In this document: piece after piece, positions 1-10,800 of the stretch
Layout: each line of letters begins with the position of its first letter
Position numbering within the stretch: position 1 is the first letter of the stretch
IMG/VR virus record: IMGVR_UViG_3300035183_000096
Location: 62,593-126,592 of that record
Direction: 5' to 3' (one strand)
Source: a virus
Length of the DNA: 64,000 nucleotides
Position numbers and translations under genes: made by a program
The notes under the pieces: generated by a model
What the model saw: the letters and a program-made list of their open reading frames with translations, nothing else
The model's database searches: none
Told to the model about the DNA's origin: nothing

Positions 1-2863
1 ATTTCATAATATCGCGTCTATCTTCTTCGTTTAGATAGTCTCTAGCAACTTCCCAATCGCCATTATTTTTTACAGTATCTTGAGCAGAACGACAATATAT
101 GTTAAAACCATATCCACTTACAATTAGCGGTCCCTTAAGACCAATAGCCCTTACATTATCACCAGTTTTTGATTGTCTTGAATACGTTATTGTCTTAGTT
201 TTATAGTTATAATCAAAACTCTTCATATCTTTATTGAAGGTTGTGCCTCTTGAATAAACTATAATATCATTATCTTGCCTAAATGGATTTAGCGTTTGGC
301 AAGTCATTTTACGGTCATCATTTTTAAGCTGAAGAATAGGCTCAATAAACGCTGGCATATACTCATCATCTTTCTTTGTGGAATATGGACGAAGTAAGCC
401 GTTAATAGACATCATAGCTGTTTGTTGAAAATGAGAATTATCCCTTGGGTTAATTGATGCTAAAGCATCGCCTGGAGTCATTGCAGCAACTTCAGAGTAA
501 CCCTTGTCAGTTATGTTATAATGTGTAGCAAACAAAATAGCATGTGGGCTTTTAGTATTTATTGCTGAGTGCATACCGTCACGATAGGCTTGATAAATAG
601 TAATAACATTATCATAGAACTTATGAAAGGCTTCACGGGCACGTGCCCTAACCGTCTGTATGCCTCTTCCTATCCTAGCCAACCTTTCTTCCTGTTTTTT
701 GCTTAGACTGCCTAGAAATCTATAGTCAAATGTCTTGAGCTTATAAGATGTTACCGCTCCCTGTTGACCTATACTTACGTCTATACCTGTAATATTAGAA
801 CCAGCAGCCACCAAGTTGTCTCCTAAACTAAACGCTGGCAAACCAGCAACTCTTACATCGCCCGCTTCACTTACCAGTAAGTTTGTAGCACTAGAGAATA
901 ACTTAGATACGGCTGCCAAATGCATACCAGCATATCCACCAAAATTCCAAGGGGCTAAATTAGTGTCTTGTTCAAATTCGGAGCGTCCGATAGCGCCGTT
1001 TAAGAACCAAAAACCAACGCCCGCAGGTCCACCACCATAGGTTATCAAATTATTACGAATAGGTACAGCAATAGCTGCCGGCATTAAGCATTTAGCCGGA
1101 ATGCCTATACCATTAGTTGGAACCATATTTGTACTTAAGAATTTTAATGTTGGTGCTGTGTTGAAACCATTACCAAAAATTGCGGGAATAGATTCTTCTA
1201 TGTTATAAGGATATTTATATACTGCTGTTATTGTCTGAGATAGATTTACTATTACATGGGGAAATGGCGAGTATTTTATGCCGCCATCTATAGAAGCCTG
1301 AACATAAGCCCCATTAGACTGTAACACGCTACTCCTACTAACGGCTGACATTGCATCAATACGTTTATCATTAAAATAGGCGAAACTACCTAATCTAAAA
1401 CTAGACTGTTCAAACAGTAACTGATTAAGAGGGGATAAGCCTAGTGGTGTGGAGCCAAATGAGACATAGCCTCCCTCTGTATCAATATCGTGACTATTTT
1501 TAATGTTAGCTGTTTCTGTTTCAATATATGTCATCACGAAAGGTAAAGCAACTAAGAATGACTTACCCATATACTGATTACCAGCACTAGAGACAAGTCT
1601 ATGAAGCCTAGACGCCTTAGTTAAACCTTTATTGGTTCCAGTTCTTGCTCCATGCAAAAAATCAGACATAGCATCATCCATCTTGTGTACTGGTTGTCCA
1701 GGCTTTGGTCCAATATCAGCCTGAACAACAGTTTGCAAGGCGGAAATATCATATTGATTAGCTATTCCGAGAATATTCGCAAGTTGAGGCTTTTGATTAG
1801 CAATATAGTTATTCCAATACTGCTCACCAGCCACAGCCATACGAATCTCAGCCACCGTACAGTTATAGAATGGTCCTATGAAATCCACACAGGACAAACT
1901 GTTAAGTGTTACCCCAGTCTCATCTTCCAGGTTAGCACTAACTAAAGGATTACCATTCAAATCAGCACCCCAATAAGGTAATATACTAGCTTGAGTAGCC
2001 AGATAAAGTTCGCTGATATTAGCTCCAACCAAAAACTTGCTGGTTGGTCCATCATTACGGAGTTCCCATCCTCTATTTTTACTTTCTACTTGCTTATTAG
2101 ACTCAACGAATCTATTGATGGAACCCGAATTTGGTCCGTTATTATAAGCTATTTGAACTTTACGGTTTACTGTGCGTACCTTAATAACATTATCATCACT
2201 CATCTCAAGAAAGTAATCTACGCCAGCATCAGTACATCTTTGAGATATGGCATCTAACAAACTTACTTGTGGGTTACCTCTAATTCTGTACCAGAATGGA
2301 GCAAATTGTATTTCAGTAAGGTCAAGAGTGTATCGATTTTGTAAATCTCTAAAACGTAACGGCCCACCCAAACCCGGACCAAATCCATTATTTACAATTG
2401 AGTTAAGAGCAATATAAATTGTTCGCCAAGGCATACCACCTTCATTAGTATGAGATGTGCCAAAACCAGTTAAGTTTTCCCAGAAACCAAATACGTTGAT
2501 GATATTTGGTACTGCGGAAGTGGCGCTATAATATGATGACGTTACAAGTTGAGTTCCTGCTAGAATTTCCTTAGCATCAGTTAATGTAACCTCAAACGTA
2601 GGATTGCCGCCGCGAGCATTTGTCTGTCTCCAACTTTGCAAAAGACCTCTAAAACGAAATGAACCAAATGTAAATGTATATGGTAAACCTATACCTGGGT
2701 CTGGAGAGTTGTTGAACACAAAACTATCACCATATAGTCTATCCTCTACAAGATTGATTGTGCATGTACTTCCCTGTTCCCCCCACCCTATATTCGAGTT
2801 GAATCCGGCGACGGAACACCCTAGAAACTTGATAGCTTCTGTTCCATGTCTTTTCTTAGTCAT
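1..2863 (-). CDS. Large distal tail/baseplate-hub-like virion protein, runs off the left edge (partial)
   Basis: ATG at 2863 (MTKKRHGTEAIKFLGCSVAGFNSNIGWG...). The same frame is open at the window edge (...DWEVARDYLNEEDRRDIMK); the interior was not checked codon by codon. Lies downstream of the tape measure in the tail module and is missing from the ORF track because it is incomplete. Confidence 0.6.
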   Translation of the reverse strand, partial: MTKKRHGTEAIKFLGCSVAGFNSNIGWGEQGSTCTINLVEDRLYGDSFVFNNSPDPGIGLPYTFTFGSFRFRGLLQSWRQTNARGGNPTFEVTLTDAKEILAGTQLVTSSYYSATSAVPNIINVFGFWENLTGFGTSHTNEGGMPWRTIYIALNSIVNNGFGPGLGGPLRFRDLQNRYTLDLTEIQFAPFWYRIRGNPQVSLLDAISQRCTDAGVDYFLEMSDDNVIKVRTVNRKVQIAYNNGPNSGSINRFVESNKQVESKNRGWELRNDGPTSKFLVGANISELYLATQASILPYWGADLNGNPLVSANLEDETGVTLNSLSCVDFIGPFYNCTVAEIRMAVAGEQYWNNYIANQKPQLANILGIANQYDISALQTVVQADIGPKPGQPVHKMDDAMSDFLHGARTGTNKGLTKASRLHRLVSSAGNQYMGKSFLVALPFVMTYIETETANIKNSHDIDTEGGYVSFGSTPLGLSPLNQLLFEQSSFRLGSFAYFNDKRIDAMSAVSRSSVLQSNGAYVQASIDGGIKYSPFPHVIVNLSQTITAVYKYPYNIEESIPAIFGNGFNTAPTLKFLSTNMVPTNGIGIPAKCLMPAAIAVPIRNNLITYGGGPAGVGFWFLNGAIGRSEFEQDTNLAPWNFGGYAGMHLAAVSKLFSSATNLLVSEAGDVRVAGLPAFSLGDNLVAAGSNITGIDVSIGQQGAVTSYKLKTFDYRFLGSLSKKQEERLARIGRGIQTVRARAREAFHKFYDNVITIYQAYRDGMHSAINTKSPHAILFATHYNITDKGYSEVAAMTPGDALASINPRDNSHFQQTAMMSINGLLRPYSTKKDDEYMPAFIEPILQLKNDDRKMTCQTLNPFRQDNDIIVYSRGTTFNKDMKSFDYNYKTKTITYSRQSKTGDNVRAIGLKGPLIVSGYGFNIYCRSAQDTVKNNGDWEVARDYLNEEDRRDIMK

Positions 2864-2868
2864 TATTA

Positions 2869-4401
2869 TTATCCTCTTTCATATGTCCATTCATATGACC
2901 TAGTATATCTTCCTGTAGATGGACTCCATGTTTCTTGGTCGTTACTTACAAAAATGTAAGGACTTTCATAATTAGGGATAAGGTTAGTCAACACAGCAAT
3001 GACGTTCGCTCTTACGGATGTTGGTGCAACTAGGTTTTCCATACAAGTACCAGTAAGCCCAACAACCGCTTCGATTACTACTGAGCGTTTTGTAGCCCTA
3101 GTTGTTCCAAGACCCTGCAATACTGGACCTTGAAATCTATTCAATACCAATATCTGTGCTACCTCATCCACATCACCATAAGGGTTGTCATCTGTGATTG
3201 TTATACTTTCGCTTAAGACGCCGCTACCAAGACAGTTGCTTGGTCTATTATTATACTCGTAGTTATAGGTAATTGTCCCGGCAAAAGGATTGCGCCCCAC
3301 AACTTCATTAACAGTATTTACATTGAGCTTAAGACCAGAGTAGTTTTGTGCTCTTGTAATTAAGAATGGTTTAATACCACTCCATGCAATATTCGCATTT
3401 GCGTACTTTAAGTGACTAGCTGGAAACTCAACACTATCAATATCTGTACTATCCAATCCTGTGATAACACCCTGGATACTTACAGTTGTTAGTCCATCTT
3501 GTTGACTCTTACGAGATTCTACACTGAAAGTTTCGTAAAAATTACCAGTTGATAACACCCAACTCTCTGTAACCGAATACTCTCCATTAAAGTAATTTAT
3601 GTTTTGATTTCTAACATGATTATAGGCCGCATATACATTAGTATCTATATTGATTGTCCCACTCATAGCAAGCATAGGATTATAACCTAGACGACTTTCA
3701 ACCCATTCTTTGGCATTTTCCCACGCCTCTTTGTTAATAACAGTCGGGTTTTCACTATCTTCCCAAGTCCTTAAACCAACAGCACTTACGGTATGCTGAA
3801 TGCGAAAGATTCCATAAACTTCTGTATCAAAATCCATTGTCCAGCTTTCGTTTACGTTCTGAACATAGTAATCCTTTGGTATATCACTACCATCGTTTTT
3901 GTCAGCAGATATTGGGTCGCCGTCATTAGCATCTTCATAAGGTGCTAACGAAGGAATACCACAAATAAGTCTATCTGTTTCTAATTCAATAGTATAATCA
4001 CAAGTTTCTACCCATGTGCCCTCTGGAAAACTAATATCTTTAACGCGGGGTTGACACTTCATACCCGGTTGGTCATTCCAGGGTGTGATTTCAAACCATC
4101 GGCCATCTCTTGAAAATAAATCACGAATAGCTTCCTGCTTCACGCGAATAGCATTCTGTCTATCATTTACACTTAGAGCGCCATCCGCTGGATAATCAAA
4201 CGTACCACCACTATCAAATAAAGCCTCATTTGTAGTTCCTGTAGCTACAATAGGCGAGCCTTTGTATGGTATAATCTTACCCTTAACACTTATATTATAA
4301 ATAGGACTTATCTTTCTTGAGTCCCCCGCCCTACGATAGCTTTTACCTATCGTTACTAGAGGAGCGGGAATTAGCTTTTTTCCATCATATATGACTGGCA
4401 T
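2869..4401 (-). CDS. Tail protein (distal tail/hub region)
   Basis: 510-aa ORF rich in beta-strand/aromatic residues, two genes downstream of the tape measure. Confidence 0.55.
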   Translation of the reverse strand: MPVIYDGKKLIPAPLVTIGKSYRRAGDSRKISPIYNISVKGKIIPYKGSPIVATGTTNEALFDSGGTFDYPADGALSVNDRQNAIRVKQEAIRDLFSRDGRWFEITPWNDQPGMKCQPRVKDISFPEGTWVETCDYTIELETDRLICGIPSLAPYEDANDGDPISADKNDGSDIPKDYYVQNVNESWTMDFDTEVYGIFRIQHTVSAVGLRTWEDSENPTVINKEAWENAKEWVESRLGYNPMLAMSGTINIDTNVYAAYNHVRNQNINYFNGEYSVTESWVLSTGNFYETFSVESRKSQQDGLTTVSIQGVITGLDSTDIDSVEFPASHLKYANANIAWSGIKPFLITRAQNYSGLKLNVNTVNEVVGRNPFAGTITYNYEYNNRPSNCLGSGVLSESITITDDNPYGDVDEVAQILVLNRFQGPVLQGLGTTRATKRSVVIEAVVGLTGTCMENLVAPTSVRANVIAVLTNLIPNYESPYIFVSNDQETWSPSTGRYTRSYEWTYERG

Positions 4402-4402
4402 A

Positions 4403-7400
4403 TTACCATCCTCTTACAAATAGGTTCCCTTGCTTGATGATTTTATCAGAAGTCTTCGGCATTACCAATTTTATATCATTGTCATAAGTTGATGAGGCTG
4501 CATTCAAAAATAGGTCAAAATCTCCAGATATACCAGGAATATAACCGTTGATATATAAAGGCGTTTGCTGTCCAATAGCTGTTTCAATAAACAAATTCAT
4601 ACTGTCATCAAATGTTATAAACCCATCTCTTTCTCCTGAGCCTATTATCCATAGGTCAATACTATCTGTAGCACTTAATACGCTATTATGCAAGTAAAGA
4701 GGTAGTGTGCTGTCAAACTCACTCCATCCACCCTCTATACACAAGTTCATTGATTCATCGAATTCTTCAAAGGCTACAGTTTCTAGGTATAATGGCATAT
4801 CTTCTAGCCATTCACCTTCTATTTCACTTGTCTTTAAGTATAAGTCTAAACCAGAAGTAAACCCAGTGCTATTTGTACTAAACATCCATAGGTCAGCCCT
4901 AGAGTCTAGTGGAGTAATAGGATTACCCTGTAAATATAGATTTAGACTTTCATTGCTTACATCAAAACCGTGTATAAATAGGTCTATGGGCGATTGCTCT
5001 ATTGTGCTTATAAATAATGGTATAGAACTACTAAAATCATCAATTGAGTTGATGTATAGGTTCAAATCCCCACTACCATCATCTTTGCCGCGAATGAATA
5101 ATTCAGTGTAAACAGGGTGGATATATAAATCCACACCATCTACCCAGTTGTCAAATTCGCCGCCACTCATGTATAGGTCAAATTGACTATTCAGTGGTTT
5201 CGCGGAAGCCTCTACCCATAGGTTCAAGTTCTCGGATAAGTCAGTAGGTGTCCATACCTTTAAGTAAAGTTCATTAAGTTGACCACACCCAATGTTTTCC
5301 GCAACACCAATCATATTTAGGTTTATGCTAAGACTACTATCTCCACCACCACCAATATATAGATTCAAGTCCTCATTAACTGGTGAATGTATATATAAGT
5401 CTAGGCTTGGGTCAAAATCTAAAGCGTCATCCTTTCCTTTTGCAAACAGAGGAACACCAGTAGAGTTAAAGAAGAATGGGTCTGTAAGTTCTCCTTGAAT
5501 GAATAAATTAAGCCCTTCATCTGCCCCGTACACGCCATCAATAAATAATGATGTAAACCTACCAGCACCAGCATTCACTGTTGTTTGAACTGGAATCGGT
5601 CCCTCTATTGGCATATAAATATCACGATAACTGGTATAGGAGTTCCATACCTCATCTGCTTCAAAAGCTCTATCACGATAAACACGAACATCCTTAACAC
5701 ATCCATGGAAGAATGTATCTTTAAGAAAGTTATCAATACCATCCTCAGTACCAGTCTTAAATAATCTTGGCTTATCCCCAGTATTATAAGCAATAGGGAA
5801 TGTACATGGACCTTGGGCTATCAATAGTCCATCCAAATACAACTTCATTGTGCCATTACCACTGCCCGGACTTATACCACCAAATATCATAAAGTCTGGT
5901 GGACTAGATAGAAAGACGCCAGTTTCTTCACCACTACCAGAGCCACTTGGGTCTGGAGTTGTATATTCGTTTGGCATTGCCACTGCGGTTATGTGGTGCC
6001 AGTCCGTGTCATCATACCTAATAGAATTTTCCACTCCACCAGAAATAACATCACCGACTGTATATCCATTTATGGCAAATCTTATGGTGGAAACAGGAGT
6101 GCCGGTTCCAATGCCTGAGTATCCTCCTACTAATCTTAGGTCATAACCACGATTAAATTGCCAAGAAATAATTGGGCCTTCGAGTGTAGTGAATGTCGCT
6201 TTTGGAGATTTACGACGCACCCAAGCGCTTAATGTTATAGCACCAGTTGCGTCTATAGTACCAGAAGTGTAGTTGTTTATCTCACCATATATGTTTAAGT
6301 CTGTTCCACCAGGACCAAGTTCTTCCTGGAAGTTAATTATCTTACCAAAGTCTTGGTCGAAATCCCATTGATACTCGTCATTTGACCCAACACCAGATTC
6401 GCCGCCTAAATTACCATCCCAATAGAAGTATTTAGCATCAGCCCTTAATATATCAGTGCTATGCTTACTAAACGTATTGTTATACAAACTTGGGCCATGC
6501 CCCTCATTCATAGGCCAAAATGCGACTTGCCCGTCTTCCCAGACTGAGTTATAATTAGCAAGAGAATGTAAGTGTGGGTAATCGTAAGGATAAGTCTTTT
6601 CAATAAAAAATAGGGCGGCTTGTGTACCAGAATCTTGTACTCCCCATATACATAGAGGTATTGAACTGTCAGGTAAAGGTTCTCCCTCCAAGTGTAGTGG
6701 GATGTTTCTTGAGTCTGTATCGTAACCTTTGATAAATAGATTTCCAACCATACCCTCGTGGTATAACACACTGCTTTCTATAGAGATAGGTTGCATATAC
6801 TCAGGTGTTTGGAAAAATCTATTCTTTTGACGACGATATAAGTCCACATGCTCACTAATTTCTAATGGCTTGTCTATAAATAACACGTCGCTTAAGCTAC
6901 CACTGTACCCAGTAGTATTATAAAAGGTAACACCAAACTCATCTGCATAACTAACAGCATCTCCACTGCCAAACTTTAGATACTGACTAGGACCATAAGA
7001 ATAACCAAGACCAGGATAAGCCAATCTATTATAACCATTACCCTCAATAACATCATTTTGCTGAACAACCCTACCATTTATTGCGGTTGTAAATTGCCAA
7101 TAAGAAAAACCAAAAATAGGTGATGTCAATGGCTTCATTGAACATGAGAAGTAATTCCAGTCATTTGGACGCAATGCTCCTGTAAAAGAAACATCTGATG
7201 CTGTAAATCCAGCGGTTCTATTTGTAAATTCAGTTGGATATAATTGCGCGAATGTGCTTGGTACTTCAGAACCTTCTCTAAAGAATATGGATATAGGACC
7301 ATTTTGTACAACAACATAGGCCGCTGTAGTAGGACTCGACGGTTTCTTTGTGGTCTTATACCAAAACGCAATTGTGTGGCCTTCACTGCTTATACTACCA

Positions 7401-7867
7401 TCTAATCCCAAGTGGTGCATATTATAAGGAATACCACTAAAAAATACGCTATCCCCAGTATTTTGAAAGTTTAGACACAATCCTCTTTGCTCATCATATT
7501 GTACGCTGGCCCCTGATAAAGTGCCATCAATACCACTATTATGAGTAACATAGGCTCCATAATAAACCACTGGAGCATAACCAAGATTGCGTAATGTGGG
7601 CGAGTTAAAGTCTAGTGTAGGCCAATATCCAGCTATATAATCCTTTGGGAAATAATCTTCATTATTAGTCAATATAGGACTATTCCATGCGTTTAATGGA
7701 TAGGTCTTCTCTATCCTTATAAACTTGGACCTATATGTAACTTCACTTTCGCCTACAGCTATCATACTCAAAGGAATATCACCATTTGATGGTGTTGGTG
7801 GGTCGCCAAACACCATCAGTGGTGGTTCATCCCCTAAGAATGTACTACTTAGAATTATGTCAGACAT
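4403..7867 (-). CDS. Virion protein with LamG/concanavalin-A-like domains and a repetitive acidic C-terminus
   Basis: LamG-type motifs (TIAFWYK, ITLSAWVR, WHHITAV, KLYLDG, FHGCVKDVRVY) and many L-x-L-Y/F-I repeats near the C-terminus. Confidence 0.7.
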   Translation of the reverse strand: MSDIILSSTFLGDEPPLMVFGDPPTPSNGDIPLSMIAVGESEVTYRSKFIRIEKTYPLNAWNSPILTNNEDYFPKDYIAGYWPTLDFNSPTLRNLGYAPVVYYGAYVTHNSGIDGTLSGASVQYDEQRGLCLNFQNTGDSVFFSGIPYNMHHLGLDGSISSEGHTIAFWYKTTKKPSSPTTAAYVVVQNGPISIFFREGSEVPSTFAQLYPTEFTNRTAGFTASDVSFTGALRPNDWNYFSCSMKPLTSPIFGFSYWQFTTAINGRVVQQNDVIEGNGYNRLAYPGLGYSYGPSQYLKFGSGDAVSYADEFGVTFYNTTGYSGSLSDVLFIDKPLEISEHVDLYRRQKNRFFQTPEYMQPISIESSVLYHEGMVGNLFIKGYDTDSRNIPLHLEGEPLPDSSIPLCIWGVQDSGTQAALFFIEKTYPYDYPHLHSLANYNSVWEDGQVAFWPMNEGHGPSLYNNTFSKHSTDILRADAKYFYWDGNLGGESGVGSNDEYQWDFDQDFGKIINFQEELGPGGTDLNIYGEINNYTSGTIDATGAITLSAWVRRKSPKATFTTLEGPIISWQFNRGYDLRLVGGYSGIGTGTPVSTIRFAINGYTVGDVISGGVENSIRYDDTDWHHITAVAMPNEYTTPDPSGSGSGEETGVFLSSPPDFMIFGGISPGSGNGTMKLYLDGLLIAQGPCTFPIAYNTGDKPRLFKTGTEDGIDNFLKDTFFHGCVKDVRVYRDRAFEADEVWNSYTSYRDIYMPIEGPIPVQTTVNAGAGRFTSLFIDGVYGADEGLNLFIQGELTDPFFFNSTGVPLFAKGKDDALDFDPSLDLYIHSPVNEDLNLYIGGGGDSSLSINLNMIGVAENIGCGQLNELYLKVWTPTDLSENLNLWVEASAKPLNSQFDLYMSGGEFDNWVDGVDLYIHPVYTELFIRGKDDGSGDLNLYINSIDDFSSSIPLFISTIEQSPIDLFIHGFDVSNESLNLYLQGNPITPLDSRADLWMFSTNSTGFTSGLDLYLKTSEIEGEWLEDMPLYLETVAFEEFDESMNLCIEGGWSEFDSTLPLYLHNSVLSATDSIDLWIIGSGERDGFITFDDSMNLFIETAIGQQTPLYINGYIPGISGDFDLFLNAASSTYDNDIKLVMPKTSDKIIKQGNLFVRGW

Positions 7868-7869
7868 TC

Positions 7870-10800
7870 CTATTTTCCTGTATTGTTAGGATAACTTATT
7901 CTAATTCCTTGAGCATCAAAGTCGTTCTTTAGACTACTTATAGCTTGATATACCGCCTCTTCAGCAACTTCCTTCATAACCGGTTGTAATCTTGTTAAGA
8001 CTTCGGCGCCATTGAATAATACCTCCATCCTATGAGTAAATACACCCTCAATTTGTCTTGGGAAATTATTCATTGCTTGAGCCAATGTTTGCGTTCCTCC
8101 AATAAAAGAGTCAAATACAGACTTAAGTGTAGCTGTAGCTGTATTAAAACTATCTACTGCTGAACTTAATCCACCGCCTCCGTTTCCAGTTGGTATTGGT
8201 ACGCTTCCACCTTGAGCAAAGTAATTAACCTTATGTAAGTTAGCTGTACCTATTCTTGAAACAGCATTCTTGTTAAGAACATATTCACCGGCAGATAACA
8301 ATGCTGGTACTTTATCCCCTGCGCCATGTCCGGTAACAACACCACCACTAGCATATCTAGCAAACCTTTTTCTGTCATAATTGCGTACTACATCCAATGG
8401 ACCCAGCTCTTGTTCTATAAGATGAGCATCAGGATTACCTTTTTCGTCAAATGTAGTTATGTAGGCTGTGGTTGGCTCATCAGGGCCAGATGAGTAATAC
8501 GACGTTCTAAATCTCACGTTTTTGGAATCCGTCAACTTGGATAGGTTATTTCTAACTGTAGCAAGCTGTTGTTCCAATTTAGCGCCTGGTTTAGTTATGT
8601 TTTCGTTATTACTCAAAGCAACCAATCTTCTTTCGTAATCCCTTAAATCTGCAATCTTCTTTTGAATATCCTCTTCAGGTAGAATACCAAGGAAGTCTCT
8701 AGCATCATCATCAGTCAACATATATCTATGTTTATAAGGGTTTTGTAATTCTTGAAGTGTTAGGTATAGTTCTTTTTTATTAGCCAACTCTTTAAGTCTT
8801 TCGGATACCATCTCACGGTCAGTTTTATTTAACTTAAAAAATTCATCTCTTAACTTATTTTCTTTTGCCTCAATAGCGGCTATCTTATCTTCGACTGTTT
8901 CAGGATAAGACTTTCTATGAATAAACAACACCTGTTGTCCTTTCTTATTTTCATCGCGAACCTCCTGTTGTCCTTTATTCTTTCTTCCCAAGCCAATCTC
9001 ATCTACGATGTCAGAGACAAATAACTCGTTGCCTGCCTCAACAAAGCCATAACTTGGGCTATTATAATTACGCTTACGCAATATAGCAAATCTTTGTTCT
9101 AATCTCTTAATAACCTTAAGTCTATCTTCATACTTCTTTATTTTTAAGAATTTTGAAAATTCACTATCTAGTTTATCACCAATTTGTTCATCAGTAGTTC
9201 CTAGGACTTCTAGCTTTCTATAGTTGCCTATCTTAGCTAATTGGTCCTTAAAGTATAACTCTGTTTCTAATAACCTAATCTCCTTAGCGCGTTCTATTTG
9301 TCCGCTTTTATCTGCTGGAGTATTACTAAACTTAAGAATTCTTTCTATTTTTGCTTGCCTCTCAGCTATATTCTCAAACTCATTACCCTTAGCCTGTCTG
9401 GATGACTTTACGAAAGCGTCAAATCCTGGTAAACCAGTGTTGCCAAGAATATTTTGCTCACCAAGAACAGCTTGCTTAAATCTAATATCTTGTTCGGCTG
9501 CTAGTCTAGCTTGTGGGCGTTTATAAGTAATTCTCTTTTTATTCAGCCTACGATTTAAGTAATCCTCTTCTTCCTTAAGTTTACGCCTTTTCTCCTGTAA
9601 ATTTATACTAATAATCATGCCAATTGATGTGTCAATAAGTCCGCCAGATGATGCATAAATAACATCCTGACCTGAGTTAATTTTGTTTAACAAACCTAAG
9701 TGTTTGGATGCGGCTCTAGCATTAACAACATACTCACCTGGGGTTAGCATTGCTGGAACAGTATCGCTACCGTGTGGCTTAAATATAATTCCACCTGCGG
9801 CCTTCTTCTCTGGTTCTGGTGGTAACTTAGATATAGCACCGTTAATTACTTCAAGCGTTTTCTTCAAAGCCTGAAACTGTGTGTCCAAATCCTTTAGGCT
9901 CGAACCAATCTTTCCAGCTTCATCAATAATCCTTGTTATTTTGGATGGGTCAGACTTAATCCTATTAAACAAATCATCCTGTCCAGCGCTTGTGAATCTC
10001 TGTTGTATTTCTGTTTCTTGAGCCTCTATTTGCCTAGTGAGATTACTGGATTCAGCTTGGAATACTTCAGCAATAGACTCTCTAAATAGCTTTTGTAAAT
10101 TATTAGGGTTGTTAAGCGATTCTCTAAACTTATCTCCACCTTGAACAAATCTTCTCTCAAATACCTCCAAAACCTTACCAGCGACTTCAGCCGGAATCCC
10201 AGCTTCAGTAAGTTGTTTCGTTAATAATGGTTTACGTGATTCGCTTATAACGACACGACCATCCTTATCGTTTATTTTACTGTAGATATAAGCAAGAAGT
10301 GGGTTCCTTGTTGCTAATGATAATTGACTTGCTACACCACCACCGCCACCATCATCAAATTTATAGTGCTCAATACCCCTACCTGCTCTATTGTATATGG
10401 GACCAAGTTTAGTAAGAATATTATCAATTTCCTTTTCATCAAATCTACTCTTACTCTCATTAAGCTCCTTTAGTTTAGTAAAAGAGGATTGATTAGCCCT
10501 TATCAAATTTATCTGCTCATCGGTTGTTATACCAAATTTTTCACTAAGAATCTTCTTAGACGCTATACCACCATTTTCTATTTGAGAAATTGCTGCTTCA
10601 GTCTTTATCTTTCTTTGCTGTAAATCAGCACGACGCACTTCGGTTTGGCTATTTTCTAATTTAGACAAAAATGATTTAAATTGTTCTTCAATATCTTTTA
10701 TAAAATTAGTATTAGCCTGATTCAGATTATTAACCAATTCACGTTGGGCCTGAATTTGTAGCTTATTATTATCCTGAACAATCTGTTGTAGGGCTTCAAT

